Shown: piece by piece, positions 50,083 through 63,398 of the stretch | How positions within the stretch are numbered: the first letter of the stretch is position 1 | Layout: every line of letters starts with the position of its first letter | From: Mobula hypostoma | Lineage: Eukaryota | DNA: 64,000 nucleotides | Assembly (NCBI RefSeq): GCF_963921235.1 | Contig: NC_086109.1 | Location: 2,978,001 to 3,042,000, forward strand | Direction: 5' to 3' | The notes under the pieces: generated by a model | What the model was told of the DNA's origin: nothing | Database searches by the model: none | What the model saw: the letters and a program-made list of their open reading frames with translations, nothing else | Program-made: the position numbers and the translations under genes

Positions 50083-50624
50083 TGTGTAGATCTCTTCCAG
50101 CAATCCCATGGATTCTTTCCCATTTCCGATGAGTTGTCCTGCACCTGAAGTAATAACTATTTCTCTTTCCAGAAGTGATGCCTGACCTGCTGTATGTTTC
50201 TGGGAATTTTTGTTTTTCTTTCAGATCTGTAGTATCTGCAGTTCTGTTTTAATTTTATTGAGTAGGTAAGACCTTATTCACTGATTGTGTAGATCTCTGT
50301 TACCCATTGTATTACACTGAACACTTCTGATCTAAAAGCAGTAGATAATAGTCTTTGCTTTACAGAATCTAATTATGTACAGGTCTTGTGAATCAATCTT
50401 GTCCTTAAACATTAATGAATAAAAATAATTTGCATATCTTCATGATTGCAAACATGCATCACACTGCAATGATCGATCGAGGATGGCACTCTGGAGAACT
50501 AGTTAATAATATCACTATCCTTATCTTCCCTCACGCAGACATAGCCAGAGAAAACTGCTAACACAACAGGATTTGCTGTCCAAAGTCAAAGTCGACTTTA
50601 TTGCCATATGTACAAGTACATATG

Positions 50625-50870
50625 GGTGGTGGGGTAGAGATATGTCTCTACCAAAGGAGGTGTAAGGCGTTCCTTCCCTCTGCTCGCCTGCAGGTCACCC
50701 TTGGGCGAGGTGTAGCACCTGCTTAGCCCCCTGATCAGGGTCACATGAAGCCATGGGAGTTGTTTGTGGATGGTCAGCTGATGCACATCACAAGTCCTGG
50801 TTATGCAACTACTGACACCAGGCAGACAATCTCTGAAGGGTATTGATATTGGCTGGATTCACCAATCTTG
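50625..50870 (+). mobile_element. Family C element, partial
   Basis: gtagagatatgtctctaccaaaggaggtgtaaggcg...ctctgaagggtattgata. Confidence 0.75.
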
Positions 50871-51081
50871 GTACTTTGGTGACTTGCTGAACCTCCTTAA
50901 CTTTCTAAGACTCCCATGTAATTGCATCTATATGCTGGCCCCAGGATAAGTAATTTGATATTTTAATGTCAAGGAATTTAAAGCTATGGATTCTCTTCAT
51001 TGCCAGTCCCCCAATGTAGACCGGCATGTAATCGCATTCCTTCCCCATCCTGAAGACAATTATCAGCTCTTTAGCTTTACT

Positions 51082-51152
51082 CAGGTGTTCCCTACCTAGG
51101 GCCCCTTGCTTAATGGTATTAGCCTATTTCATTGAAAGGTTAAGAACCCCTG
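51082..51152. mobile_element. hAT MITE with 8-bp TSD
   Basis: TIRs CAGGTGTTC / GAACCCCTG. TSD GCTTTACT at 51074-51081 and 51153-51160. Confidence 0.85.
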
Positions 51153-51769
51153 GCTTTACTAATGTTGTGGAACCTCTCAACCAGGTGACCTCCTTCGCTC
51201 CTGGAAGCTGACTATTCACGACCCGTGATTCATCCAACACTTGCGTCATCGGTGAATTTGTCCAGAATGTTTCCACAACACAGTGAAGCGAAGAACTTTT
51301 TAAAAACTTTTTCACAGACTGCCACAGCCCAGCTTGACTAGTCCTCGATTACACACCAAACGTCACTGCAATTTTACGCAAACAGTGCAGCAGGTGGGGA
51401 AGAGCTCAGGGGGAAGTCAGTGGGAAGAGGAGGCAGAGGAAAGAAGGGAAGTGTGAGGCAGTGGGGGGGGGGGAGTCTTCACTGCATTCACTTTAATGCA
51501 AGGAGCCTCACAGACAAGGCAGATGAGTTAAGTGTGTGGATCAGCACACGGGTTACCGATGCAATCATAGTACAATAGTTGAAGAAAGGGCAGAACTTGC
51601 AGGATAGCAAAATTCCAACCATGACAGAGGGCAGTGCAAAAGGGTAGGGGGTTTTCCCTGCTCATTAATGGGAGCAATAAAGTAATGCTAAAGGAGGATG
51701 TTTTGGTGGGATCAACCTGTCGACTGTAGGAAGAGAACAAAGAAACAAGAAATGAAATAACATGCAAAA

Positions 51770-52735
51770 TGCTGGAGGAACAGGTCAGAAGGGGAATGGG
51801 AAGTAGAATTGAAATGTGTAACCACCAGGAGATCTTCCTTTTTGCGGCAGACAGATCAACCGTTTTTAACAAATTGGTCCCCAATCTCTGTCAGCTCTCA
51901 CTCATGTAGAGGAAGCCATACTGGGAGCAATGGATACAATAGATGACCCCAACAGATTCACAGCTGAAGAGTCACCTCAGCTGATGTGGCCTCCTCTACT
52001 TTCCCATTCCCATACTGACACATTGGTCCATGAAAATAACTCAGAAAATGTGTAGCTTGGGTGGTTGATGGCCGGGTTGAATTGTTCTCTGGCCTTGGCA
52101 ACTTATTTGCAAATATTTTGTCACCACACAATGATATCCCCTCATACAGTGATGAAACGTTTGCAAATGGATTACCAAGAATGGACAACTCAATGCAACA
52201 ATGTTGGCCCATAGGTTGCTTTATAGCCACGATGAGGCCAAACCCAGGTTGGAGGAGCAACATCTCATATTCCACCTAGGTAACCTCCAACCCAATTGCA
52301 TGAACATCAACTTCTCTGACTTCCCATGATTTCTTTCCCTTCCCTCTTTCTCTCTTTCTCTATTCCCCACTCTAGTTCCACTCTCTTCTTCCCACCTGCC
52401 CATCAGCTCCTTTTAGGGCCCCTGCTTCATTCCCTTCTTCCATGGTCCACTGCTCCCTTCTATTAGATTTATTCTTCTTTAGCTCCTCAATATATTATCT
52501 CCTGACTTCTTACTTCATCCAGCCTTCCCCACCCACCCACCTTCCCCCTCACCTGGTTTCACTTCCCCATCCCAACCCCTAACTTCTTATTCTGACTTCT
52601 GTCCCCTTCCATTCCAGTCCTGACTAGAATCTTGTATGAAAACATTGACTGTTTATTCCCCTTCATAGATGTGTTCCTCTAGCACTTGTGTGTCAGTTAC
52701 GATCTCTGGGATCTGCCAATCCTTTTGTGTTGAAA
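51770..52735. mobile_element. Penelope-like element with inverted 5' part and a nested palindromic PLE end
   Basis: 51775-51980 is a minus-strand and 51985-52735 a plus-strand homolog of 58620-59510. An inverted repeat lies at ~52075-52195 and a decayed hammerhead at 52615-52651. Confidence 0.65.
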
Positions 52736-55164
52736 ATGGAGACAGTCATTTTGATGGAGTGATGCTATCACCTTCCAGTGCAAGAACAGATTTGTGGGGA
52801 AATTGCAGTGGGGTGTAAAAGCAACAGTTGTAGCTGTGGGAATTTGTAACATTCCGAATATTAATAGGCATTGCCTTAATGTAAGGGTTTAAATGGTGTG
52901 GAATTATCAAAATGTATTTGGAAGTAGTTTTTAAAGAATCCAACAATGGGAGGGGGGACTGTACTTGAATTTAGCCTAGGGATGAGGAGGGGCAAGTGGT
53001 GAACGTGTCTGTGGATGAATTGCTCGGAAATAGTGACCAGAATTCAGTGGGTTACAGGTTAGAGTTATGGAGAAAGATAAGGCTGGTTGTAGTGGTTAAG
53101 TTGAGAGAATGTTAATTCCAACAGTAGATGTCAAGATTTATTAAAAGTACGTGTAGATTTTCAGAAAGTGAATATATTCATCATCCACTGATGTGACTGG
53201 TACATTTGTCACACTGTCCAGCCAAAGGTCAGATCTCTAAGGCTGTTGTACACCAAGAACCACTGTGAAAAACAGGCTGTGGTTTCTCTGTCATTACTGT
53301 TGAAGATTCAGACTCAAAACAATGCTTGATTGATCTGTAATTAAGATTACAAACTCAATCTTCATCCATTGAGTAATGTTATGAAGGTTGATAATAATAT
53401 AACATGATATGCTCAAACAATATCTCATGCTGGTTGTCCGTCATGTCCAATGATGGCCAGAAACCAGTGCAGGAGAGCTTTTAAAGTGGAAAAGTCATTG
53501 CACTGTGGCAGCTCCACTCTTTCAACCTCAAAAGTCATGTCCAGTGGTATGAAGAAGTGTCATAACATGACTTCTCGTGCCCTTCGCTCTCCACGGGGTG
53601 TTGCAGTACCAGCTTCCAGATCACCCAGTCCACCAGAGCTGACGTTACATACTAGCACAGACACGTCCCTATCTCACCAGGGTACGAGGCTGCCGACAAC
53701 CCTCACCTGCCTTAGCCCACCTGTTGAAGCAGTATAGCAAGGTGTGGCCACTTTCACATGCAAACAGCAACTTGGAGCCACATGTGAGATCTGAGTGTCT
53801 GGACCAAAGGTGAGTGAGCTGCTCCAGAGTGGACACAACAAGCCCCTTCACCAGAGGTGCTACCTCTCCCCGGACACCCCATACACCCCAATATCATATG
53901 CAGAGATTTCTCAGTTAACGGAAAAGTGAATTCTTGATCTGGCATCTCAGCGGAAGGTACTGAGAATGCAGAGAGAAAGTATTGCACTGTAATGTCAGAC
54001 TCCTTCCTGGGATCTCCTCAAGGTTAGAGTTCACTGATGGAACAAGCAATGTGAGCAAGCAGACATTCCCCTTTGTAAAAAAAGATGCTGCAAGATTAAA
54101 AAAAGAACTCTCCTCCAAACTGCATGCCAGGTAATCAGTGTCACAAGAAGAGTTCCTGCTGGAATACATCGAGCTAATCCTGATACTGGAAAGCTGTCCT
54201 GACTGCCCAGGCAGAAAGAGGAGAGGACTTGTGGGAATGAAGGAAGCTGACAGGAGTGGCAGTCCCAGTAATGATTGCCTGGGATGGGAATGGGAGCCCA
54301 GCACCAGGGGAGGGGAGCAGATGGCGAATCTACTGACCTGATTTTTTTTTTTTGCTGAAAGCATTGGTGACAGAAGACAGATGCCACTGAATTTTTATTT
54401 ATTTGCTTCGGAGATTAAAAGTGAGATCCTTCTTCAGGAATTAAAACTCTATTCTGAAACAACACACAAAATTCTGGCTCGAACGAAACATTCTAAATAC
54501 TTTGTAAATATGGAAACATGTAGGATGTTACTTGCCCATGCTGTGAGAGGAATTTTCTATTTATCTTCATTTGGTCTGCTGAACACAAGTCCACTATGGT
54601 GTTCATACATTCTGCATAAGAAGGTTGCAAATACTTGAAACCTTGAAACCCATCATCTCTCAACATCATTGTCAAGAATATCTGGAGCAGGAACTTTATC
54701 TCACTCACCACCTCTTCCAGCTACAAGGATTTCATATTAACCTTCTTTGACTTTCTCTTCTCCCACCTAAATATTAGAACTTTTATTTGTAGCTGTCTGT
54801 CCAGCTGGTTGTGTTCTGGTACCTGCTGATGGTTTCCTCCAATGGCATTACATGAAGGACATTTGGCCCATTAAATCAAGGCAGGTTCTCAGAATAGTCC
54901 CATCAGTCCAGTTTCCCATTGATGTACTTGTACCAAATTCTTGCTCACATCATCGTCCCCCAATTATCCAATCACCCATTTACACAGGGACTCACTCACA
55001 GCAACCAATTAAGCAGAGAGATAGCAAATGAGTGGCGAACAGAAAGATTAAGGTGTTATGAGCAGGTGCTCCAATAGTTAAGGAGATAAGTTGTACATTG
55101 GCTGTTGTTTCTAAGAGTAAAGTTTTGTTACAATTTTCCAGGGTGTTGGTGACGCTATAGCTAA

Positions 55165-55680
55165 TGGGGAAAAGCTCCCACTACCCATTAAATGCTCCCA
55201 ATGGCGTGCACCTCAAATAGCCTCTGACATCCAAATCCAGCTCCCAGCTTTTATGTGTCTCAGCTACTAAGCTCGGTGGAACCATTTCTACTGACAGGAG
55301 AAAGGGGCAAAGGCAGGTGACTGGCGCCTTAAAACCAGTCGCTTCAGGCAGATGGGGTTGTCAGCATGGTTGACAGCTCATCTAGCAGAAGGAAAATTCT
55401 GATCTTAAACCTTCGCTGCCTTGCAGCTATAGTCATTCATGGGAAGGCTTCAGGAGAAAACCCCAAGATAAAAATCTGGAGTTGGAGTTCTTAAGGCAGT
55501 CTTATGTTGAATTCAATGCTGTCTGGCAACTCATTCAACACTGCTGATGCCAAACTCTATCGGTCTCTGTCGTTCCTTTGATTTAACCACTGCATGGAGA
55601 GGGGAAGCCTGCTAGATGGGCAACAGCTTTCTATCCTTATTGTAATGCCCTGGCTTAAGTATCACATAGACAGCCAGTGA
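55165..55680 (+). mobile_element. Interspersed repeat family D (probably RTE-related, non-autonomous)
   Basis: Collinear homolog at 62080-62570 (ctcaaatagcctctgaca, ggggcaaaggcagg, cagtcgcttc). Confidence 0.7.
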
Positions 55681-55689
55681 ATACAGGCC

Positions 55690-56420
55690 TAGAACAATCA
55701 AGTGCTCTTCATATGACAAGCTATTCAATCCTGGAATCATTTTTGTGAACCTCCTTTGAACCCTGTCAGTTTCAGCACTTCCTTTCTCAGAGAAAGGGCC
55801 CAGAACTGCTCACAATAATCTGTGAGGCCTCACCAGTGCTTTATAAATTCTTAACATTACATCCTTGCTTTTATATTCTAGTCCTCTTGAAATGAATGCT
55901 AACATTGCATTTGCCTTCCTCACCACAGACTCAACCTGCAAATTAACCTTTAGGGAATCCTGCATAAGGACTCCCAAGTCCCTTTGTGACTCAGATTTGT
56001 TGTAGTTTTTCTACATTTAGAAAATAGTCAACCATTTCATTGCTCCTACCAAAGTGCATGACCATACACTTCCCAACACTATTCCATCTGCCAGTTCTTT
56101 GCCCATTGTCCTAATCTGTCTAAGTCCTTCGGTAGCCTCTCTGATTCCTCAAAACTACCTACCCCTCCACCTATCTTCATATTGTCTTCAAATCTTGCAA
56201 CAAAGTCATCAATTTCATCATCCAAATCATTGACATATAACTTAAAAAGAATCGGTGCCAACACAGAGCTCTGTGGAAAATCTCTAGTCACCATCAGCCA
56301 GGAAGAAAAGGCTCCCTTCATTCCCATTATTTGCCTCTTATGAATCAGTCACTGCTTTATTCATGCTAGAATTTTTCCTGTATTACCATGGCTTGTAACT
56401 TGTTAAGCAGCCTCATGTGA
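55690..56420 (-). mobile_element. CR1 RT fragment
   Basis: VTRDFPQSSVLAPILFKLYVNDLD...ARFEDNMKIGG...WAKNWQME. Confidence 0.85.
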
Positions 56421-57859
56421 GGAAAATAGAGGGATAAGGACGTTTTGCTGGTTGGAGGGATTTGTTTTTGGCTTTTTTTAAATTTACTTGTCAGCTGGTT
56501 TGGCACAACATTATGGGCTGAAGGGCCTGTTCCTGTGCCATAATGTTCTATGTTCTATTACCTATGTTCTTGGTTTATACTACCATTGGAGGCAGTTTCA
56601 AGAGATTCACAAGCCTTATTTCTGAGATGACACAATTTCCCTATAATAAATGGCTGATAAAAAGGATTTGTAATTTTCTGGAGTTTAGACAACGTTATTG
56701 AAAACTTAGAGTAATCTTATTGTAAACTGCAAGATCTTAAAGTATGGTTAGCTGACGATGTCTCTTTAGGACACAGACTGACAATGATTGTCTGCCACAT
56801 TCCTTCGTGGAAAATCTGTTCTTAAAAGCCTTGTGCTGAGCACTCTGTGCTCAGTCATAGGAGTTTCCTTTCTTTCACCACATTTTGTGATTTTGTAAGA
56901 TACAAAAACCTGAAAGCACGTCTCACCAGCTCAAGATCAGGGGCTGCACCTTGCCCAAGTGTGGCTTGCAGGCTAGTGGAGGGAAGGAGCACCTTACTCC
57001 TCCTTTGATAGTGAGTTACCATCCTTCCTGCCACCCAGAAGGATATAATGCTCATGATGAAAAGGTAGAAAGTTTCAGTATCACCTTCCAGCAATGACAA
57101 TCACTATTGGCCTGATTGATAGACATTGTTGAATAATTGTGGGAAGAGAGGGTTAAGGGTTGAACATTGACCAATGTCTCAAGTGAGGTAGTTGGTGGCA
57201 GAGAACATTTGAAGGAACATTATGGATCTTAGACACTCACGCTAAGTCACTGAACTTCTTCTGACATCGCGTCCATGTCCTCAATACCTGATTGCTTGGA
57301 TTGATCTCGTAGTGATCTGCACCAAATTTAATTAACCTGATAGCTTTAATTAATGCCAGCGAGGATGGATTGGGCCTCTGATAACGGCCGTGGCCAATGA
57401 GTGGAATGATTAGTGCTCAGGGCACATTGAAAAGTCACTATTGAGTAGGATGTAGGATGATGCTACCTCACAGACATTTAATTAAACAGATCCAGGTTAA
57501 TTCTACATCATGATAATGGCGCTCACCCCAGAATCTATTGAACTTCAGAAGACGATTTACATGAAACATCCCCCATCTCCACAGCCACATCTGTGAGATG
57601 TAGATAATCAAATCTGTTGGATTTATTAGCTTTTAGGCTCATTAACTTTACAAGAAGTTTTTTTTTACTAGTACTGATTTCTTTTATTTCCTGTTTCGAC
57701 AGTAATGTTTTTTGTTCTCTTTTATGTCTTCTGTGAGACAGACATAAAATATTGTTTATTTCTGCTGCCATTCCGTTCTTCCTCATTGTAAATTCTCTTG
57801 TCTCTGTCAGTAAGGGGTGCCATTTCCATGCTGCATGGTTATACAACTCAATTAAACAA

Positions 57860-58080
57860 AGGAGTCTGTATGTTCTCCCAGCAGCCACCTGGTTTCCTCC
57901 AGGTGCTCCAGTTTCCTCCCACAGTCCAAAGACATACCAGTTGGTTGGTTAATTGGTCATTGTAAATTGTCCCGTGATTAGGCTAAGGTTAACTCAAAGA
58001 TTGCTGGGTGGTTTGAAGGGCCGTAAGGGTCTACTCCTCGCTGTCCCTCAATAATTAAAATTAAAATAAATAAATAAAAA
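57860..58080 (+). mobile_element. V-SINE (HE1-like), 5'-truncated
   Basis: ggtttcctccaggtgctccagtttcctcccacagtccaaagac V-domain-like core. Confidence 0.75.
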
Positions 58081-58314
58081 TAGTTCTCTCTTCATTTACC
58101 TTTTGTTTAGATGAAACTGGTCTGTTTATTCCATGAACTACTCCTCAATCCATATGTGTTATTTTGGTACTGTTTAATTATTTCTAGGCACTTAAATCAA
58201 AGATTTTCCATAATTCTAAATCTACCAAATCATCCTGTTTATCATTACACAGCACCCTCAAAAATCTCCAGTAGATATTCAAAATATAATTTTTATCTAT
58301 TTATTTTAAATTTT

Positions 58315-58545
58315 TATTGAGATATACTTCTGGCCCTTCAAACCACCCAGCAAGCTGAGATTTAACCTCATCCTAATAACGGGACAATTTACAATGACCA
58401 ATTAACCTACCAATTGGTACATCTTTGGACTGTGGGAGGAAACCAGAGCACCCGGAGGAAACCCACGCAGACACGGGGAGAACGTACAAACTCTTTACAG
58501 GCAGCAGTGGGAATTGAACCTAAGAAACTGGTACTGTAAAATGTC
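58315..58545 (-). mobile_element. V-SINE (HE1-like)
   Basis: gggaggaaaccagagcacccggaggaaacccacgcag, and gggaattgaacc (reverse-complement B box). Confidence 0.8.
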
Positions 58546-58619
58546 CTTTTTATAAATTCAGGGGATCTGGCAGGGAGCAACAATGCAGAATGAGCAAGCT
58601 GGTGAATTGTTTTATAGGC

Positions 58620-59510
58620 GGCTAAAGTGCTACAACCGCCCATTCACCTCTTCCCTCTCCCCCATTCTGTGCCCCAAACGACCCTTCCAGGTGAGGCAAC
58701 ACTTCAGCTGCGAATCTGATGGGATCATCTATTGTGTCTGCTGCTCACGATACGGCCTTCTCTACGTTGGTTAGATCCATTGCAAATTGGAGGGACTGCT
58801 TCATGGACCACCTCTGCTCCATCCGCCAAAGGCAGAACTTCCCAGTGGACTAACATTTTAATTCCGATTTCCATTCCCGTCCCAACATGTCCCATGTCAC
58901 ATCCTATGGCCTCCCCTTGTGCCAAGATGGGGCCACACTCAGGGTGGAGGAGCAACACTTTATATACCATCTGGGTAGCCTCCAACCAAATGGCATGAAT
59001 TTCAATTTCTCCTTTTGGTAAAAAATAATCCCTCTCCTCCCCTCTTTTTCTATTCCCCACTCTAGCTCTTAACTCTTCTCACCTGCCTATCACCTCCCCC
59101 TGCTTCCCCTCCTCCTTCCTTTTCTCCTATGGTCCACTCTCCTCTCCTATCAGATTCATTCCTCCTCAGCCCTTACCTTTTCCACCTACCTGGCTTCACT
59201 TATCACGTTCCAGCTAACCTCCTTCCCCTATGCCCCACCTTTTTATTCTGGTGTCTTCTGGCTTTTTTTCCAGTCCTGACATAAAAACATAGAAACACAG
59301 AAAACCTACAGCACAATACAGGCCCTTCTGCCCACAATGCTGTGCTGAACATGTACTTACCTTAGAAATTACCAGGGTTACCCATAGCCCTCTATTTTTC
59401 TAAGCTCCATGTACCTGACGTAGGTTCTCAGCCCGAAAGGTCGACAGTTCATTCCTTCCCCTAGATGCTAGCTGAACTGCTAGTTTTTCCAGAGGTTTGT
59501 GTGTGTTGTT
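58620..59510 (+). mobile_element. Penelope-like element 3' part (GIY-YIG, UTR, hammerhead interrupted by a CR1 tail)
   Basis: FQVRQHFSCESDGIIYCVCCSRYGLLYVG and cagtcctgac[CR1]gtaggttctcagcccgaaaggtcgacag. Confidence 0.85.
59281..59413 (-). mobile_element. CR1 extreme 3' end inserted in a hammerhead core
   Basis: Reverse complement of the 36740-36865 tail. CCTGAC is duplicated at 59275-59280 and 59414-59419. Confidence 0.8.
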
Positions 59511-59829
59511 TTGTTTTATAATTGCCACATGTAGCGAAGTTCTGTGAAAAACTGGTCCTGCATGCTGTTCATACAGATCAATTTATTACACAGTGCGTTC
59601 AGCTAGTTCAATAGCAGAATGGGACTAGAGTGTAACAACCAACAGCAGAGAAAGAGAGCTGTGCAGGTAGCCAATTATGTGCTTGGTCATACAAGGTACA
59701 TTGTGAGGTCAGGTGTACAATCTTATTGTACTAGGCAACCATTCACTTGTCATAACAGGGGAATAGAAACCCTTCTCGAGCCTGGTGGTGTGTGCTTTCA
59801 GGCTTTTGTATGTTCTGGCCAATGGATTG

Positions 59830-60057
59830 TTGTATGAGCAGCTGGTGCATGTCACTAGTCCTGGTTATGTGACCACTGACGCCAGGCAGACGATCTCTGA
59901 ACAGTATTGATAATGGCTGAGGTCACCCATCTTGTAAAGACACTGCCCAGAAGAAAGCAATGGCAAACCACTTCTGTAGAAAAATTTTGCAAGAACAATC
60001 TTGGTCAAGGAAAGACCATGATCATCCATGTCATACAACATGGCACATGATAGTGAT
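59830..60057 (+). mobile_element. Family C element, 5'-truncated, nested in a Rex1 3' fragment
   Basis: gtatgagcagctggtgc...gcaatggcaaaccacttctgtag...ggcacatga. Confidence 0.8.
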
Positions 60058-60589
60058 GCCTGATAGGAGGGAGAAGAAAAGAGAATCTGTGGGGTGGGTA
60101 GGGACTTTGATTACACTGGCTGCTTTATCAAGGCAGTGAGAAGTTCAGACAGAGTCTTTGGAGGGGAGGTTGGTTTCCCTGATGTTCTTAGTTGTGTGTC
60201 TACAGCTTTCTGCAGTCTTTTGAGGGAGAGTCACCAGTGCTGGATGAGCAGGCTGGACTTGTATTTGTGACTTTGATGTGAAATGTGGTCTAAAGGTGAA
60301 TTCCAAATGACCAAATAATTCTTCTGCCAACAACAATATCATTCATCTCATCCACCCAGCAGTGAGTTATCCATTTAAATACTTACACAATAATAAATAT
60401 CTTTCAGAGCTAATGTGTATGCCGTGATTTATAGAGCTAATAAGATGCTCAGTACTATATGGGAAGTTTCATGCAAGTTCGCTAAAGTTACAAGTTAACA
60501 TTTCCATGAAGCAAAAGCAACAACCAAGCCAACAAGCTCTGCAGCGTTTGAACTAAAATTGAGAATAAAGAGTTCAAGATACTGGTCTC

Positions 60590-61030
60590 ACCTGGGAAAC
60601 AGGCCCTTCAGCCGATAGTGTACTTCTGAGCTAGTCCCATTTGCCTGTACTTGGCCCGTATCCTCTAAACCTTTCCTATCTGTGTACCTGTCAAAACGTC
60701 TTTTAAATGTTGTAACTGTGACTGCCTCTACCACCTCCTTTCATGGCTTAACCTCTGTCCTCTGTGTGAAAAGTAACCACTCAGATCCCTTTTAAATTTT
60801 TCCTTTATCAGCTTAAACCAATGCCCTCTAGTTTTAGATTCCCTTGCTTGGAAAAGAAAAGGTTATGAAAATCAGCCTTATCTCTGTTCTCATACTTTAC
60901 AAACCTCCATAAGGTCACCCATTAGTCTCCTTCACTCCAGGAAAACCAAATCCAGCCGATCCAGTCTCTCCTTGTAAATCAAGCCCTCCGATCCCAGTAA
61001 TGACCTAAATCTTTTCTGCACTCTCTAGTT
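60590..61030 (-). mobile_element. CR1 3' fragment
   Basis: aaacaggcccttcagcc tail and ataaggtcacccattagtctccttcactccagg. Confidence 0.7.
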
Positions 61031-61379
61031 GGCCTATGACCACACTATGTTGAATCTCTCTGATCAGCTCTTGCCTTTCCAAGTGAGTATTAATCTTCTT
61101 ACTGAAAATTGTTCACAGTATCTTCCGTACTACTGATGTGAGGCTCACAAATCTATCATGTACAGACATTGCTACTGTGTTCTGAGGGACATGTTTACTG
61201 TCCTCCGGTCAACTGCTACCTCAGCCGTGTCCTGCATGCATTCGAAAATCCCGGTCAGGGCCCGCAATCTCTTTCCTTGCCTCCTCGAGCAGACGAGGAT
61301 CAATTCCATCTGGTTCTGGGGAATTGTCCTCCTTTAAGCCCACAAATGTATCTTTTTTCTCTGTAACCTTAAACTTGTA

Positions 61380-61958
61380 ACTGCCGGTGAAAAATGATAT
61401 TGTATCTGCTAAATAGGGGCCATGGACCATTCTGATTTGATGGAGAATGGACGTGAAAGCACAGAGGAACATCCGGAGAAATTTCTGAAACGCTCGTTTG
61501 CTGCTGTCATTACTGCGTGGTCAGGAATCTTTCGGAGGGTAGGCCTCAAAATCCCCGGCTTTGCTTGCTGTTGGCGACCGAGGTTGAGGTCGAATCGTTC
61601 GGACAGAGATGGCGCTCAGTACTCGGTGTCGGAGAGCTGATCAGAGCTCGAAGTTTTCGGATGACTCAGATTCGGACTGTGGTTGGGCATGGCAGGGAGA
61701 GTTCTTCTTTCTCCTGTCTGCGTGAGATGTGGGATATTTGAGAGACTTTGAACTTTTACTGTGCTCATGGACTTCTTCATCAAGTTATGGTATTGTTGCA
61801 CTGTTGTAACTATATGTTATAATTATGTGGTTTTGTTAGTTTTTTCAGTCTTGGTCTGTCCTGTGTTTTGTGATATCACACCGGAGGAATATTGTATCAT
61901 TTCTTAATGCATGCATTACTAAATGACAATAAAAGAGGACTGCGTGTCTTCATAATCT
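61380..61958 (+). mobile_element. Family A short retroelement, slightly 5'-truncated
   Basis: Collinear with 47690-48275. Confidence 0.85.
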
Positions 61959-62079
61959 AAAAAAAACTACACCCTTTAACTTTAGCCTCCACGACACCAG
62001 GAGAAAAAATATTGCAACCATTAACCTTATCAATGGTACCTTAAGGTTGTTATAGTCAGGTGTGGTAATCAGGACAAGC

Positions 62080-62570
62080 TCCCACTTCCTATTAAGTGTT
62101 CCCAGTGGCATGCGCCTCAAATAGCCTCTGACAACCAAGTTTAGCTCCTGGCCTTCACGTATGGCTCGGCTACTAACCCCGGGGAACCATTTCTACCGAT
62201 AGAAGGGGCAAAGGCAGGTTTACTGGCACCTTAAAGTCAGTCGCTTCGGGCAGATGGGGCTCATCAGCGGTGGTTGGCTGCTCATCTAGAAGGAAAACTC
62301 TGATCTCAAATCCCCACTGCCTTGCAGTTGTCCCACTCATGGGAAAGGCTTTGAGAGTAAAGTTTGAGGGAAAAATCCATGAGCTGGCGTCCCTAAGGCA
62401 GGTCTATGTTAGTTCAATGTCAACTGGCAACTCCGTGACACAGCCGGTGCCGAACTGTATCAGTCTCTCCTGTTGCTTTGGGTCCATCAGATGCGTAGAG
62501 AAAGGGAGCCTGCTACATAGGCGACAGCTTGCTCTCCCTGTCGTACTCCCCCAATCGCTGCTGCTTCTTC
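62080..62570 (+). mobile_element. Interspersed repeat family D
   Basis: Homologous to 55165-55680. Confidence 0.7.
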
Positions 62571-63263
62571 AGTGCACCAGGATGCCAAAAGCTTTGTGCA
62601 GTTTGACTGTTCTTTCTGGACTTGCGGAACAGCAGAGTCCAAGATCAGCAAATTCAACATCCTGGGAATATAGAAAAGAGAACAATTCTGTACAGGAACA
62701 TTTACACCCTCCATGTCTTGGCTGCCCACAATGCCAGATTATGCTGTTCACATCGCCATACATGTGATCTATATTCCTTAACTCCCCGTCTGTCCATGTG
62801 CCCGTCTAAATGTTTCTAAAATATTGTTGTCATATCTACTTCCACCACCTCCCCTGCAAGAACTTTCCAGATGCCTACCACTCTTAGTGTAAAGAAACAT
62901 GTTGCATAAATCTCCTTTAAACTGTAACCCAACCTACCCCAATACCGACCCCCACATTGAAGCTCTCTCTTCTGTGGCCAAGCCAATTTTGGATTCAGCT
63001 ACCAAGTATCCATGGATCTCACTTGCCTTATTATTTTAGATCAACCCACCATCAGCCACCCTATCAAATTCCTTAGTAAAGTCCATGCAGACAATTCCCA
63101 TTACCCTTCCTCAACAATCATCTTCATCACCTCCTCAAAAAAAAGTCAGTGAAGCTTGTGAGGTGACTTTCACTGCTTAAAGCCATGCTGACTGCCCCTA
63201 GTAAGTCCATGCTTTTCCAGAAGAGAGTAGGTTCTTTCTTCAACAATGGCAAAAGAATCATTA

Positions 63264-63398
63264 AACAACACACACAAAAAGTGCTGGTGAATGCAGCAGG
63301 CCAGGCAGCATCTACAGGAAGAGGTACAGTCGACGTTTCAGGCCAGGACCCTTCGTCAGGACTAACTGAAAGAAGAGATAGTAAGAGGGTAAGATAGT
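63264..63398 (-). mobile_element. PLE-derived 135-bp insert with 13-bp TSD
   Basis: TSD AAAAGAATCATTA at 63251-63263 and 63399-63411. Same family as 6987-7196, 38345-38440 and 44115-44242. Confidence 0.85.
63328..63363 (-). ncRNA. Minimal type I hammerhead ribozyme motif (PLE type)
   Basis: The minus strand reads AGTC-CTGACGA-AGG-gtcctgg-CCT-GAAAC-GTC-GACT: stem I AGTC/GACT, a CUGANGA box, stem II AGG/CCT and GAAAC directly followed by the GUC triplet. Confidence 0.75.

Noticed and set aside
53915..54000. Faint resemblance to an ancient Deu-domain SINE
   Set aside because: Only ~20 nt of recalled similarity, which is insufficient without an alignment.
53915..54364. 149-aa minus-strand ORF in apparently unique DNA
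   Set aside because: Ser/Leu-rich with no recognisable domain, spans a poly-T run, and a chance ORF is likely.
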